From: Candidatus Versatilivorator sp.
GTDB lineage: Bacteria > Acidobacteriota > Terriglobia > Versatilivoradales > Versatilivoraceae
Length of the DNA: 64,000 bases
Direction of reading: 5' to 3'
NCBI GenBank assembly: GCA_965207735.1
Contig: OZ242296.1
Coordinates: 3,328,001 to 3,392,000 of the forward strand
This document shows, piece by piece, positions 1 through 9,826 of the stretch (position 1 is its first letter; every line of letters starts with the position of its first letter). The notes under the pieces are model-generated. The model was not told the DNA's origin. It saw nothing but the letters and a program-made list of their open reading frames with translations, and made no database searches. The translations under genes and the position numbers were made by a program.

Positions 1-1
1 C

Positions 2-256
2 CCCCTGCCGCGGTTTATCGAGATGGTGCGCAATCCGGCTTACCGCCCCATGCTCGATCATCGCGGCGCCCGCTATGGTAAACTCAAGCAGGAGGGGAAT
101 CAGGCTTCCCAGACGGTGCTCCTGAAGTCCAGCGACGGAAGCCGGGTGGGCTATCTCTTCCAGTTGTCCCGGCAGACCGAAGCTCCCTTCAAGGACTGCT
201 GGATGACCGACAGCGTGATGCGCTTCGAGGTTCGAGAGGATTACCGCCAGGTCTGA
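2..256 (+). CDS. DUF4864-like protein, 5'-truncated by window edge
   Basis: Frame is open from position 2 (PLPRFIEMVRNPAYRPMLDH...YLFQLSRQ...CWMTDSV), resembling the DUF4864/NTF2-like C-terminus. Confidence 0.6.
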   Translation, partial: PLPRFIEMVRNPAYRPMLDHRGARYGKLKQEGNQASQTVLLKSSDGSRVGYLFQLSRQTEAPFKDCWMTDSVMRFEVREDYRQV

Positions 257-295
257 TATCGGCCTCGCCTGCCGCCTCAAGTCGGGCGCCGACAA

Positions 296-2947
296 ATGCC
301 AGCCTTGAAACTGATGCGATCGAGGACCCTTCCAGCTCTAGCCCTGCTTGCCGGGCTCCTGAGCCCGGCAACCGCCGGCCTTGCCCAGGACAAGCCGTCG
401 CTGTATGAGTCCGTGCAGACCATCCTGGCCGAGAACTGCCTGAGCTGCCACGGGGCCGCCCAGATGTCGGGCCTGGACCTGAGGCAGCGGGAAGCCCTGC
501 TGAAGGGAGGCACGCGAGGACCGGCACTGGTCCCCGGCAAGGCCGAAGACAGCCTCCTGTTCCAGGTCGCGGCCCATTCGGGCGAACTCCGAATGCCCCC
601 CGAGTCGCCCCGCCTGCCCCGGGAGAAGCTGGACCTCATCCGCCGATGGATCGACGCCGGCGCGCTCTGGGAGGAAAACACCGGCGACGCCGACCCGGCC
701 GCAGAAGAGCCCGACTGGTGGTCGTTCCGCAGGCCGCGGCGGCCCCCCTTGCCTCTGGTGGACGGGAAGGAGTGGCAGGGAAACCCGATCGATGCCTTCG
801 TGCTGGCCAAGCTGCGGGAGAAAGGCTTGCCCGCGGCGCCTCCCGCCGACAAGCGGACCTTGATTCGGCGCGCCTATTTCGACCTGATCGGCCTCCCCCC
901 CACGCCGGAGCAGGTGGACCGGTTTCTCAAGGACGACTCGCCCCGGGCCTTTCAGTCGGTGGTGAACGAGTTGCTGGCCTCTCCCCACTACGGGGAACGC
1001 TGGGGACGGCACTGGCTGGACGTGGTTCGCTACGCCGACTCGGCCGGGTTCGAAACCGATGCCTTCTTCCCCCATGCCTGGCGCTACCGGGACTACGTCA
1101 TCAAGTCCTTCAACGAAGACAAGCCCTTCGACCGCTTCCTTCAGGAGCAGATTGCGGCAGACGAGCTCTGGCCCAACAACCTGGACCTGGAAGGGAGCTA
1201 CGCCATCCCGGTGGAGAAGCTCCGGCAACTGGAGGCCCGGGTGGGGACGGGGCTCTACGGGCTGGTGCCGCAGACCGGCGAATCCAAGATGGACTCCAGC
1301 AGGGAGCTCAATGAAATCCTGACAGACTGGGCGGATACCACCGCTTCGGCATTCATGGGCCTCACGCTGGGCTGCGCCCGCTGCCACGATCACAAGTTCG
1401 ACCCCCTGTCCCAGAAGGACTACTACCGCTTCCAGGCCATCTTCGCGGGCAGCGACACGGTGGAAATTCCGGTGGTGACCAAGCTTTCCATGTTTCACCG
1501 GTCCGAATCCTACTCCGGCTTCCTGACCCTGGCCGAGCTCCGCTGGACGCATCGCTTGTTGGAGAAGAAAGTCAGCCGGCGGGTGTTCAATGCCCAAAAG
1601 GCGGAGTTCCCGGTGGAGGTGGTGCAAGCCTTCGAAATTCCGGACGACGATCGCACGCCGGAGCAGGAAAAGCTGGCCGCCCCCCTGGCCGAGGCCTTGA
1701 AGAAATTGGGGGACCCAAACGGTTTGACCCTGTTGGACCTGGAAAAGCACCTGACCCCGCAGGAAAAGGTCCAGCGCAAGGAGCTGGTGGAAAAGCTGGG
1801 GCACGCCGTGCTGAAGGTGCCGACCACCGAAGCCTCCCACCAGACCCATTACGACGCCCTGTTCGACATTCCCAAGGCGGTGGTCATGGGCCACCGCCAA
1901 GCCGAGCTGGTTCCGGCGATCCACGTGCTGGATCGGGGCGACCTGGGGAAGAACCTGGAGAAGGTGGAACCGGGGCTTCCTCGCATCCTGGCCAACGGAA
2001 TGGATCTGGGCCGGCCTTCCTCGGAGCTGGAGGTTCCCCGTTCCCGGGCCAAGCTGGCCCTGTGGCTGAGCCGCCCCGACCATCCCCTGACGGCGCGAGT
2101 GCTGGCCAACCGCCTCTGGCAGTGGCATTTCGGATCGGGCATCGTGATCACCCCCAACGACTTCGGGCGGATGGGCGCCCAGCCCACCCATCCGGAACTT
2201 CTGGACTGGCTGGCGACCGAGCTGGTGCGCAGCGGCTGGAGCCTGAAGTCGATGCACCGCCTTATCATGGCCTCCGACGCCTATCGGAGGACCAGCCAAT
2301 ATCCCGACCCGGCCGCGGCCGAAGCCGACCCCAACAATCTCTACCTGTGGCGCATGAACCGGCGCCGCCTGGAGGCCGAGGCCCTGTGGGACGCCCTCCA
2401 TGCCTCCGCCGGAACCCTCAACCGGAAGTTGGGGGGGCGGTCCTTTTGCCCGACGCCGGAGGAAGGGGACCTCTCGGGCAAGAACTGGATCCGGGTCTAT
2501 GCCGACCCCGAGGAGCAGAACCGGCGGGCGGTCTACATCCTGGTGCAGCGGAATTTCGGATTCCCCATGTTCGAGACCTTCGACACACCCGATCCGGCCG
2601 TGAGCTGTTCGGTGCGCGAAGTCACCACTGTGCCTCCGCAGGCCCTCTTTTTCCTGAACGACAAGATGGTCTTCGGCCAGGCCCAGGCCTTTGCGTCCCG
2701 CCTGGTCCGCGAGGTCGGAGACGATCCGTCCGGCTGGATCCGTCAGGCCTGGCGCGTTGCCCTGGGTCGGGAGCCCACCGCCAGGGAGCAGGAAGAGGCC
2801 GGGACCCTGCTGGACTCGCTGACCGAATCGGAGGTGGAAGCCGGAAAACCCGCCTCGCTGGCCGAGAAGGGTCAGGCCCGCACTCGGGCTCTCACCCAGT
2901 TGTGCCTGGCCGTCTTCAATTTGAGCGAGTTTTCCTACGTGGACTGA
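296..2947 (+). CDS. PSD1 / planctomycete cytochrome c domain protein (PSCyt1 + DUF1549 + DUF1553)
   Basis: Signal peptide; CLSCHG and CARCHDHKFDP heme motifs; YGERWGRHWLDVVRYADS; HPLTARVLANRLWQWHFG; PTHPELLDWLA. Confidence 0.93.
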   Translation: MPALKLMRSRTLPALALLAGLLSPATAGLAQDKPSLYESVQTILAENCLSCHGAAQMSGLDLRQREALLKGGTRGPALVPGKAEDSLLFQVAAHSGELRMPPESPRLPREKLDLIRRWIDAGALWEENTGDADPAAEEPDWWSFRRPRRPPLPLVDGKEWQGNPIDAFVLAKLREKGLPAAPPADKRTLIRRAYFDLIGLPPTPEQVDRFLKDDSPRAFQSVVNELLASPHYGERWGRHWLDVVRYADSAGFETDAFFPHAWRYRDYVIKSFNEDKPFDRFLQEQIAADELWPNNLDLEGSYAIPVEKLRQLEARVGTGLYGLVPQTGESKMDSSRELNEILTDWADTTASAFMGLTLGCARCHDHKFDPLSQKDYYRFQAIFAGSDTVEIPVVTKLSMFHRSESYSGFLTLAELRWTHRLLEKKVSRRVFNAQKAEFPVEVVQAFEIPDDDRTPEQEKLAAPLAEALKKLGDPNGLTLLDLEKHLTPQEKVQRKELVEKLGHAVLKVPTTEASHQTHYDALFDIPKAVVMGHRQAELVPAIHVLDRGDLGKNLEKVEPGLPRILANGMDLGRPSSELEVPRSRAKLALWLSRPDHPLTARVLANRLWQWHFGSGIVITPNDFGRMGAQPTHPELLDWLATELVRSGWSLKSMHRLIMASDAYRRTSQYPDPAAAEADPNNLYLWRMNRRRLEAEALWDALHASAGTLNRKLGGRSFCPTPEEGDLSGKNWIRVYADPEEQNRRAVYILVQRNFGFPMFETFDTPDPAVSCSVREVTTVPPQALFFLNDKMVFGQAQAFASRLVREVGDDPSGWIRQAWRVALGREPTAREQEEAGTLLDSLTESEVEAGKPASLAEKGQARTRALTQLCLAVFNLSEFSYVD

Positions 2948-3007
2948 GAGGCCTTGTTAAACTCGGCCGCGGGCTGTTACCATCACGGATTCAAGGAGCC
3001 AACGCCC

Positions 3008-4453
3008 ATGGATTACACCTGCTGCAACCGGCAGATGACCGCCAGGTCTCGGAGGGAGTTTCTGACCACCTCCGGATTCGGCTTTGGAGGCTTGGCCCTG
3101 GGCTACCTGCTGAATAGCGAGCACGCGCTGGGGAGCGTGGGTGCGTCTGTCCCTGACAATCCACTGGCCACCCGGATGCCGCACTTCCCGGCCAAGGCCA
3201 GGAGCGTCATCTGCCTGTACATGAAGGGCGGCCCCAGCCAGATGGACAGCTTCGACCCCAAGCCCCTGCTCAGCCGGCTGGACGGCCAGCCCATCCCTCC
3301 CAGCTTCGCCACCAAGGACCTGGAACTGCAATTCGTCAAGGTCGAGGACATGAAGCTGATGGGGTCGCGGCGGACCTTCCGGAAATATGGGCAATCCGGC
3401 CTGGAGATCTCCGACCTTTTCAGTCGGGTGGGTCAACACGCCGACGATCTGGCGGTGATCCGCTCCTGTCACCACGACTCCTTCATCCACGGGCCCGCCA
3501 TGAGCGTCATGCTGACGGGATCGGTGCGGCTGGGGCATCCCAGCGTGGGAGCCTGGGTGGTTTACGGCCTGGGCAGCGAAACCGAGAACCTGCCCGCCTA
3601 CGTGGCCATGTCGGAGGGAACCGGCGTGTCCACCAAGGCGGTCTATGGAGCCGGATTCCTTCCCGCAGCCTACCAAGGCACCTTCATGCGGACCGAGGGG
3701 ACTCCCCTGCGGAACCTGGCTCCCCCCATCGATCCCGGCAATCAGCGAAAGATCCTGGACCAGGTGGGCCGCTGGAACCGGAGGCACCTGGACCGGCAGC
3801 GGCAGGACGACTCCCGCCTGGCCGCCCGCCTGAACAACTACGAGCTGGCCTTCCGCATGCAGACGGCGGCCCCCGAACTGATCGACATCTCCGGCGAACC
3901 GGAGCACGTGCAGCGGTTATACGGGCTGAATTCCGAAAACACGGCCAAGTTCGGGCGGATGTGCCTGCTGGCGCGGCGGATGGTTGAGCGGGGAGTCCGC
4001 TTTATCCAGCTCTACAAGAGCGGCTGGGACGGCCATACCGAGAACGATCAGCTCCACGTGGGCAGCGCCGCCAAGATCGACCAGCCCATCGCCGGCCTGA
4101 TCGCCGACCTGAAGCAGCGCGGCCTGCTGGACAGCACCCTGCTGGTCTGGACGGGCGAATTCGGCCGCACTCCCATCAACCAGGGAAAGATGGGCCGGGA
4201 TCACAACCCCTACGGGTTCACCACCTGGATGGCCGGGGGCGGGATCCGCGGCGGCAAGGCCATCGGGGCCACCGACGAGCTGGGCTTCCGGGCCGTCGAG
4301 GACCGGGTGCACGTCCACGATCTGCATGCCACCATCCTTTCACTGCTGGGTCTGGACCACGAGAAGCTGACCTACTTCTTCGAAGGCCGCAACCGCCGCC
4401 TGACCGATGTTGGCGGACAGAACAACCTGGCCTCAAGACTGGTCGTCGGTTGA
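3008..4453 (+). CDS. DUF1501 domain protein (Tat-exported, sulfatase-like)
   Basis: AAGGAG RBS before ATG 3008; SRREFL twin-arginine motif; GGPSQMDSFDPKP, GEFGRTP, GRDHNP, VHDLHATIL. Confidence 0.92.
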   Translation: MDYTCCNRQMTARSRREFLTTSGFGFGGLALGYLLNSEHALGSVGASVPDNPLATRMPHFPAKARSVICLYMKGGPSQMDSFDPKPLLSRLDGQPIPPSFATKDLELQFVKVEDMKLMGSRRTFRKYGQSGLEISDLFSRVGQHADDLAVIRSCHHDSFIHGPAMSVMLTGSVRLGHPSVGAWVVYGLGSETENLPAYVAMSEGTGVSTKAVYGAGFLPAAYQGTFMRTEGTPLRNLAPPIDPGNQRKILDQVGRWNRRHLDRQRQDDSRLAARLNNYELAFRMQTAAPELIDISGEPEHVQRLYGLNSENTAKFGRMCLLARRMVERGVRFIQLYKSGWDGHTENDQLHVGSAAKIDQPIAGLIADLKQRGLLDSTLLVWTGEFGRTPINQGKMGRDHNPYGFTTWMAGGGIRGGKAIGATDELGFRAVEDRVHVHDLHATILSLLGLDHEKLTYFFEGRNRRLTDVGGQNNLASRLVVG

Positions 4454-4629
4454 ACCAGGCAGCGCAACCCGGCGCCGCGGCGGTTCGAAGGCCGAACAAG
4501 TTCCCGCCACAGGTCGCTCCCGCCGTCAAAGCCTTCCCCAGCCCGCCCTTCCACCGCCTCCCGGGACGGGACTATCAGGTGCACGACGGCAGGCGCCACG
4601 GGGCTCTGCCCCTTCTCGAGGCTTCCACC

Positions 4630-5142
4630 ATGCTGGTGACGATATTTCTCCTGCTCTGGATCATTCCCCTGGGGGCCGTGGCTCAGGATGCCCCGCCGAC
4701 CTACACGGGAAGCCTCCGCCTGCCGCTGGAGCTGCAGACCCGGCAGGGTCAACGCCTGGCAAAGGGGAGAGTGGATCTGGAGGTACGGCTGGAGCAAAAA
4801 GCCTGGCTACTGTTTTCCCGAGGGGAGCAGGCCTTGGCCCGGGTGGAGGGGAAGGCTCTGGAAGGCGAACCACAGGACCTGCCGGGCGCGGTTCCCCTGG
4901 TCGGAACCGTATTCCTGCAGTCCTCCGCCGTACCCATTCGCAGCGACTTCGACCGGCGCTACAGCAAGACCGGAAAGCCGCAGTACCGGGAAGAGAGCTA
5001 CGACTGGAGAGGTACCCTCAGGGTGCACCGACCATTGAATCCGCAGAGCCGGGAGGTCTACTTCATCTTTCACGAACGCGGCCAGGACGAAACGCACCGG
5101 CGCATTCAGTTCACCTTCCTTCGAACGGGGAGTGCGGAATGA
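4630..5142 (+). CDS. Hypothetical secreted protein
   Basis: ATG 4630 begins a signal peptide (MLVTIFLLLWIIPLGAVAQD); upstream in-frame extension to 4450 looks non-coding. Confidence 0.6.
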   Translation: MLVTIFLLLWIIPLGAVAQDAPPTYTGSLRLPLELQTRQGQRLAKGRVDLEVRLEQKAWLLFSRGEQALARVEGKALEGEPQDLPGAVPLVGTVFLQSSAVPIRSDFDRRYSKTGKPQYREESYDWRGTLRVHRPLNPQSREVYFIFHERGQDETHRRIQFTFLRTGSAE

Positions 5143-5215
5143 GGAAAGCAGGAGAGGCGATCGGGTAGAGGTTGAGCACCCACCTAACCGCGTTCTTCAA
5201 CCTCGAATACGAGGA

Positions 5216-6520
5216 TCATTCCGCGCCGAGGTCAAAGGCCACGATCTTCTTTCTGCTGCGGACGTAGAGGGTGTTTCCAACCAGAGAGGGCACCGTCCAG
5301 CAGTTGTACCCGAGCGGCTGAGCCTGAGCCAGGACTTCGATTCCCTTTTCGCCCGGCGCGGCCAGGGCCAGGGTTCCGTCCTCATCCAGGATGATGAATT
5401 TCCCGTCGGCGTAGAGAAGGGTTCCCTTGGCGAATCCCCGATGGCGCCAGACCACCTCGCCGTCGGAGACCCGGATGGCGGTGAGAAAGGCCGGCCCGAA
5501 GTCGCCGCTGAATCCGTAGGCCAGGCCGTTCAGGCGAACGACGTTGCCGTGGTGCACCCGCATCCGCTTGGTGAACCACAACTCCTCCACCGAGGTCTTC
5601 CCATTGCGGCGGCTGAGCTTGAGGGCCCGGCTTCCCCCGCTGTAGGCCGTGGAGAGAAACAGGCGGTTGTCCTCTCCCCAGGCCGGGGTGCTGACCGTCA
5701 GGCCTCCGGCCAGGCCGTGGGTGTGACTCCAGAGCAGTTCTCCGGTTTCGGGATCCACCCCGACCACCTCCTCCTCCATCATGCCCACAAACTGGTCCTG
5801 TCCGTCGACGTTGATCAGGATGGGCGAGGAATGGGAGCGCTTGAAGTCGTGCCGGGTCCAGACCACCCGTCCATCCCTGGCGTTGAAGGCCATCAGGCCG
5901 TGACCGGGTCCTCCCACCAGGCACAGGACCAGGTCTCTGTAGGCAATGGGGCTGGAGGAGAAACCTCGGCTCAATGGGGTGCTTCTGAAATCCCCGGCCA
6001 ACTCGTACGACCAGAGAACCTCCCCGGTGTCCTTCTTCAGGCAGTGCAGGGTGCCGTTCCAGCCGATGGTCACCAGCCCTTCCCGGGTCAGCAGGGGGGT
6101 CGCCTGCGGCCCCACCCCATATTTGCGGTGGGTGCTGTCCAGCTCCCTCAAGATGGGCGCCGCATAGCGGTGCTGCCAGAGAGTGCGGCCGCTTGCCGGC
6201 TCCAGGGCGACCACGACTTCGTCCTCTTCCTGCCGGTACAGGGTGTAGAGTCGTTTCCCGTCTGCCAGGACCCCCGCGTAGCCGTCTCCCACCTCGCGGC
6301 TCCAGAGTTGAGGAGGCCCCTCGGAGGGCCATGAGGTCGACAGGCCGACCGTCTTGACCTTGAAGTCCCCGCCGGGTCCGCCCCAACCGGGCCACCCCCA
6401 GGATGGGTGGGTAGTGCAGCCGGAGGCCCACAGCAGCACTCCGGCTGCCGCCCATGGCCACAGGCGCCAAGGCCGGCAGCGGCCTACAAATCGTTCCTCC
6501 GCCTCTCGGGGTTTCATCAT
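5216..6520 (-). CDS. PQQ-binding-like beta-propeller protein (probable lipoprotein)
   Basis: WPGWGGP, WPSEGPPQLW and repeated G-x-x-x-W propeller motifs; ASGC lipobox-like site. Confidence 0.88.
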   Translation of the reverse strand: MMKPREAEERFVGRCRPWRLWPWAAAGVLLWASGCTTHPSWGWPGWGGPGGDFKVKTVGLSTSWPSEGPPQLWSREVGDGYAGVLADGKRLYTLYRQEEDEVVVALEPASGRTLWQHRYAAPILRELDSTHRKYGVGPQATPLLTREGLVTIGWNGTLHCLKKDTGEVLWSYELAGDFRSTPLSRGFSSSPIAYRDLVLCLVGGPGHGLMAFNARDGRVVWTRHDFKRSHSSPILINVDGQDQFVGMMEEEVVGVDPETGELLWSHTHGLAGGLTVSTPAWGEDNRLFLSTAYSGGSRALKLSRRNGKTSVEELWFTKRMRVHHGNVVRLNGLAYGFSGDFGPAFLTAIRVSDGEVVWRHRGFAKGTLLYADGKFIILDEDGTLALAAPGEKGIEVLAQAQPLGYNCWTVPSLVGNTLYVRSRKKIVAFDLGAE

Positions 6521-6568
6521 TCCGTGCTCCTCAAGGGCCGGCCGTGAACAATCGGCCTGTTCCCGTCT

Positions 6569-7615
6569 TCAACACTCATCGATTCCCAGCGATTCCGCGG
6601 TCTCCACCACCCGCTGCCAGACATCCTCTACGATCGGGATCCCCTCCCGTTCCCGTCGAGCCTGCGTCTCGACCTCGGGATCACCCGGAACCCGCACCTG
6701 CTCAAACCCGGGCGCCGGCGGCACCGCTCGCACCCTCTGCTGCATTTCGTCGGCGCGCCGGGCGAAGGTGGAGTAGGGCTGGAACAGGTCGGCCCGAAAC
6801 ACCAGAAAGGTGTCTCCCTGGTGGCGCAGGACGTCGTCCGAGACCTGGGGATCGGCAAAGGAATCGGATCCCAGCAGGATGCGGCTCAGGAACTCGGCCG
6901 CCAGCATGATGGCCCAGCCCTTGTGCTGCCCGAAAGGGGTGTGGCCGCCCCCCTCGAAAAAATCGGCCGGCTTGGTAGTGGGTCGGCCTTCCTTGTCCAC
7001 GATACAACCCGGGGGGAGCGATTCCCCCCGGCTGTAGGCGTTGTCGACCTTGACCCCCGAGATGGCCGATGTGGCGAAGTCGGCCACCATGGGAGGTTCT
7101 TCTCCCGCGGGGATTCCCAAGGCGATGGGATTGGTGTGCAACAACGGGCGGCTGCCGCCGAACGGCATCACCCTGGGCTTGTTCTCGCTTAAGCCTCCCA
7201 CCCAGACCATGGAGATCATTTTCTCGGCGGCAGCCATTTCCGCGTAGTGGCCCAGGCGTCCAATGTGGTGGGCCTGGACCAGGCCCACCAGAGCCACCTG
7301 TTCCCGGCTGGCCTTTCGGATGGCGGTTTCCATGGCGAACCGGGCCGCCACCTGCCCGAACGTCCAGTGACCGGAGATCAAGGCCGAGTTGGGCTTTTCC
7401 TCAAGAATCCCCGGCTTTTGCGCGGGGGCGAGCTGCCCGGCCCGGATAGCCTTGACGTACCCGGGGATGTGCCAGATGCCGTGGGTGTCGACGCCTCTGA
7501 GGTTGGCCAGCACCAAGTGCTCGGCAACCTCTTGGGCGTTGGACCGGTCGGCGCCGGCGGCTGACAGGATTCGGGAGGTAAGTTGGCGGAGAGCCTCTGC
7601 CGTTCGAATGATCAT
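6569..7615 (-). CDS. Ldh_2 family oxidoreductase (malate/L-lactate/ureidoglycolate dehydrogenase type)
   Basis: ANLRGVDTHG, HHIGRLGHYAE, TNPIA, DFATSA, FGQHKG, VRVPG motifs. Confidence 0.92.
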   Translation of the reverse strand: MIIRTAEALRQLTSRILSAAGADRSNAQEVAEHLVLANLRGVDTHGIWHIPGYVKAIRAGQLAPAQKPGILEEKPNSALISGHWTFGQVAARFAMETAIRKASREQVALVGLVQAHHIGRLGHYAEMAAAEKMISMVWVGGLSENKPRVMPFGGSRPLLHTNPIALGIPAGEEPPMVADFATSAISGVKVDNAYSRGESLPPGCIVDKEGRPTTKPADFFEGGGHTPFGQHKGWAIMLAAEFLSRILLGSDSFADPQVSDDVLRHQGDTFLVFRADLFQPYSTFARRADEMQQRVRAVPPAPGFEQVRVPGDPEVETQARREREGIPIVEDVWQRVVETAESLGIDEC

Positions 7616-7680
7616 ACAAGCTCCCAGTTCAAAGGCACGAATAAAAAAATCGCGGCTCGACGGCCCGGTGGCTTACCGGC

Positions 7681-9051
7681 TTACCGGATCAAGCCGGCCT
7701 GAACGGCCAGTCCAAAGACCACGCATCCCATGATGACCCCGGCCGAAGCCAGCAGCAGCACGGCCACCGGCCGGCCCATTCTCAGAGGCCGCTCGGTGCG
7801 GAAGGCCAGCCAGCAGATGGCGATGGTGGCCAGGGGCGTGCCCAGCACGCCGATGATGTAGTGGCTGATCAGCACCATCAGGGCGGGCCGGGTGGGGACC
7901 AGCAGATAGAGGGTGAGCACCGACACCAGGAAGGCGGTCTGGACCACTTGCTGCGATCCACGCACGGCCTGGGGGCGGCTTCGGTCGACCAACCCCAGGC
8001 TGCACAGGAAATCGGTAATGATCCGCCCGTTGACGGCCGTGGCCGCCAGCAGGGTGGAAAGCAGGGTGGCCATTGCACTGACCAGGAAGATGCTCTTGGA
8101 CCAGGGGCCGTAGCTTTCGGTAAAGATGGAGGAAATCTGGTCGACGACCCCAATTCCCGCCGGAGTCTTGCCCAAGGGGAAGAGAATGGCCGCCCCCAGG
8201 ATGAAGTAGGACGCCGTCACCACTGTGGCCAACAGGGTGGCCAGGCCGGCATCCACTTTGAGCATTCGGATCCAGCCCCGGGCCCGTTCGACCCATCCCT
8301 CGGAATCCCGCGGCCCCAGGAGTGTGCCGTAGCCCTTCTCCAGCACCCAATAGGGATAGACCACCAGCTCCGCACCGGAGACCCCCAGGGCGCCGATGAG
8401 GCTGATGACGGCAAAGGCAGCCAGGCGAACGTCGGTATCTCCCAGAGAGAAGCCCAGGCCTGACCACAAGTCGGCTCCGCTCACGCTAAAGGGGGTGCCT
8501 TGAAGCATGACCAGGCCCACCAGCGCCGAGACACTCAGCAGCAGGGCCAGGCCGATCATCAGCTTCTCCAGCCGCCCGTAGAGGCCTCTCCAGAGCAGCA
8601 ACTGTACCCCGACCACCACCAGCACCGCCCAGATTCGAGCCGATCCGATGGAGTCGGAGGAGAGGGGCATGATTCCGTGCATCAGGCCCGCCATGGCTCC
8701 CACCAGCCCCGAGGAGCCCACCTGGGCCAACAGCCATCCCCCCATGAAGGCCCACACCAGCCAGGACGTGTTCCGCAAACGGGGACCGGGAAAGGGGCTC
8801 AGAGCTGCGAAGACGGTCCGGTTGTGGACCAGGCAATAGCGGCCCACCTCGACCTGGAGAAAGTACTTGATGACGCAGGACAGCAGCACCGCCCACAGCA
8901 GCACGAACCCGAACCGTGCCGCCTGCAGCGGCGTGTTGATCAGCTCTCCCGAGCCGATCACTCCGGCAGCCAGCACGATTCCCGGCCCCACGGCAAGCAG
9001 CATGGGCCAAGGCCTCACTGGGGCGTTTCTGATGGGAGAGTCGGTGCTCAT
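7681..9051 (-). CDS. Nramp-related (APC superfamily) membrane transporter
   Basis: ~11 hydrophobic segments; GPGIVLAAGVIGSGELI and YPYWVLEKG motifs; lacks canonical DPGN. Confidence 0.8.
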   Translation of the reverse strand: MSTDSPIRNAPVRPWPMLLAVGPGIVLAAGVIGSGELINTPLQAARFGFVLLWAVLLSCVIKYFLQVEVGRYCLVHNRTVFAALSPFPGPRLRNTSWLVWAFMGGWLLAQVGSSGLVGAMAGLMHGIMPLSSDSIGSARIWAVLVVVGVQLLLWRGLYGRLEKLMIGLALLLSVSALVGLVMLQGTPFSVSGADLWSGLGFSLGDTDVRLAAFAVISLIGALGVSGAELVVYPYWVLEKGYGTLLGPRDSEGWVERARGWIRMLKVDAGLATLLATVVTASYFILGAAILFPLGKTPAGIGVVDQISSIFTESYGPWSKSIFLVSAMATLLSTLLAATAVNGRIITDFLCSLGLVDRSRPQAVRGSQQVVQTAFLVSVLTLYLLVPTRPALMVLISHYIIGVLGTPLATIAICWLAFRTERPLRMGRPVAVLLLASAGVIMGCVVFGLAVQAGLIR

Positions 9052-9087
9052 AGGGTGTGGGGTTGTGGTTGCGGCAGGTTCGCCGGC

Positions 9088-9786
9088 TCAGGGTTTATCC
9101 GGTCGCATGCGCCGTTTCAATGCATCCAGGCTGAAGCGGTTTTCCAGGAAATCGAAGAATTCCGCCTCCTCATCCTGCACCTGGCGGGCCGCGGCTGCCA
9201 GGGAATCGACGGCCTCCTCCGGGATACTGATCAGGCCGCTCTCGTCTCCGTGCAGCAGATCGCCGGGCTGGATGGTCAGGCCGGCGACGGTTACCGGGGT
9301 ATTGAAGCTGAGGTAGGCCGGATACCCGTGGGACGCCACCCAACCGGCGCAGAAGATCTGGAATTCGGGAGTCCTGCGGGCAATTCCGCTCTTGTCCCGT
9401 GCGTTGACGTCGGTAACGATGCCGACGCCGCCCAACTTGTCCAGAGCGCAGGAGAACATGTCGCCGATGACACAGCAGCGCTCGCGTTCATGGCCATTGT
9501 GCTGAATCACCAGAACGATGGGCCGGGGAGCGGCCTCCAGGGCTTCCAGCAACTCGCCGACCCGAGGCGGCCTGCGGTCCCCCGGGGTGGTGCTGTCGGC
9601 GGTTGCCGTGACCGCGTAGCCGACCATGGGCTCGAGATGAGGAAACTGGCAGGCGATCCGGTTGGAGGCATAGCCGGTGACCCGGTCCCGCAGGGCCAGC
9701 TTTTCGATGGCGTTGGAAACCGTGGCCGTATCGAAGGCCCGGAGGGCCCGGAGGACTTCCGGCGAATGGCGCACTGGGGGGGACAC
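9088..9786 (-). CDS. RraA/HMG aldolase family protein
   Basis: DTATVSNAIE, MVGYAVT, GDMF, ARD, PGDLLHGDESG. Confidence 0.88.
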   Translation of the reverse strand: MSPPVRHSPEVLRALRAFDTATVSNAIEKLALRDRVTGYASNRIACQFPHLEPMVGYAVTATADSTTPGDRRPPRVGELLEALEAAPRPIVLVIQHNGHERERCCVIGDMFSCALDKLGGVGIVTDVNARDKSGIARRTPEFQIFCAGWVASHGYPAYLSFNTPVTVAGLTIQPGDLLHGDESGLISIPEEAVDSLAAAARQVQDEEAEFFDFLENRFSLDALKRRMRPDKP

Positions 9787-9826
9787 GGGGTCTCCTGGAT
9801 CTTCGGCCGGGGTTGGCCGAGCAAGT

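Noticed and set aside
338-2401. Long antisense ORFs (also 5132-6334, 11444-12985, 31944-33521, 38740-40638, 48184-50268, 60843-62777)
   Set aside because: Shadow frames of well-supported GC-rich genes, with no recognisable motifs.
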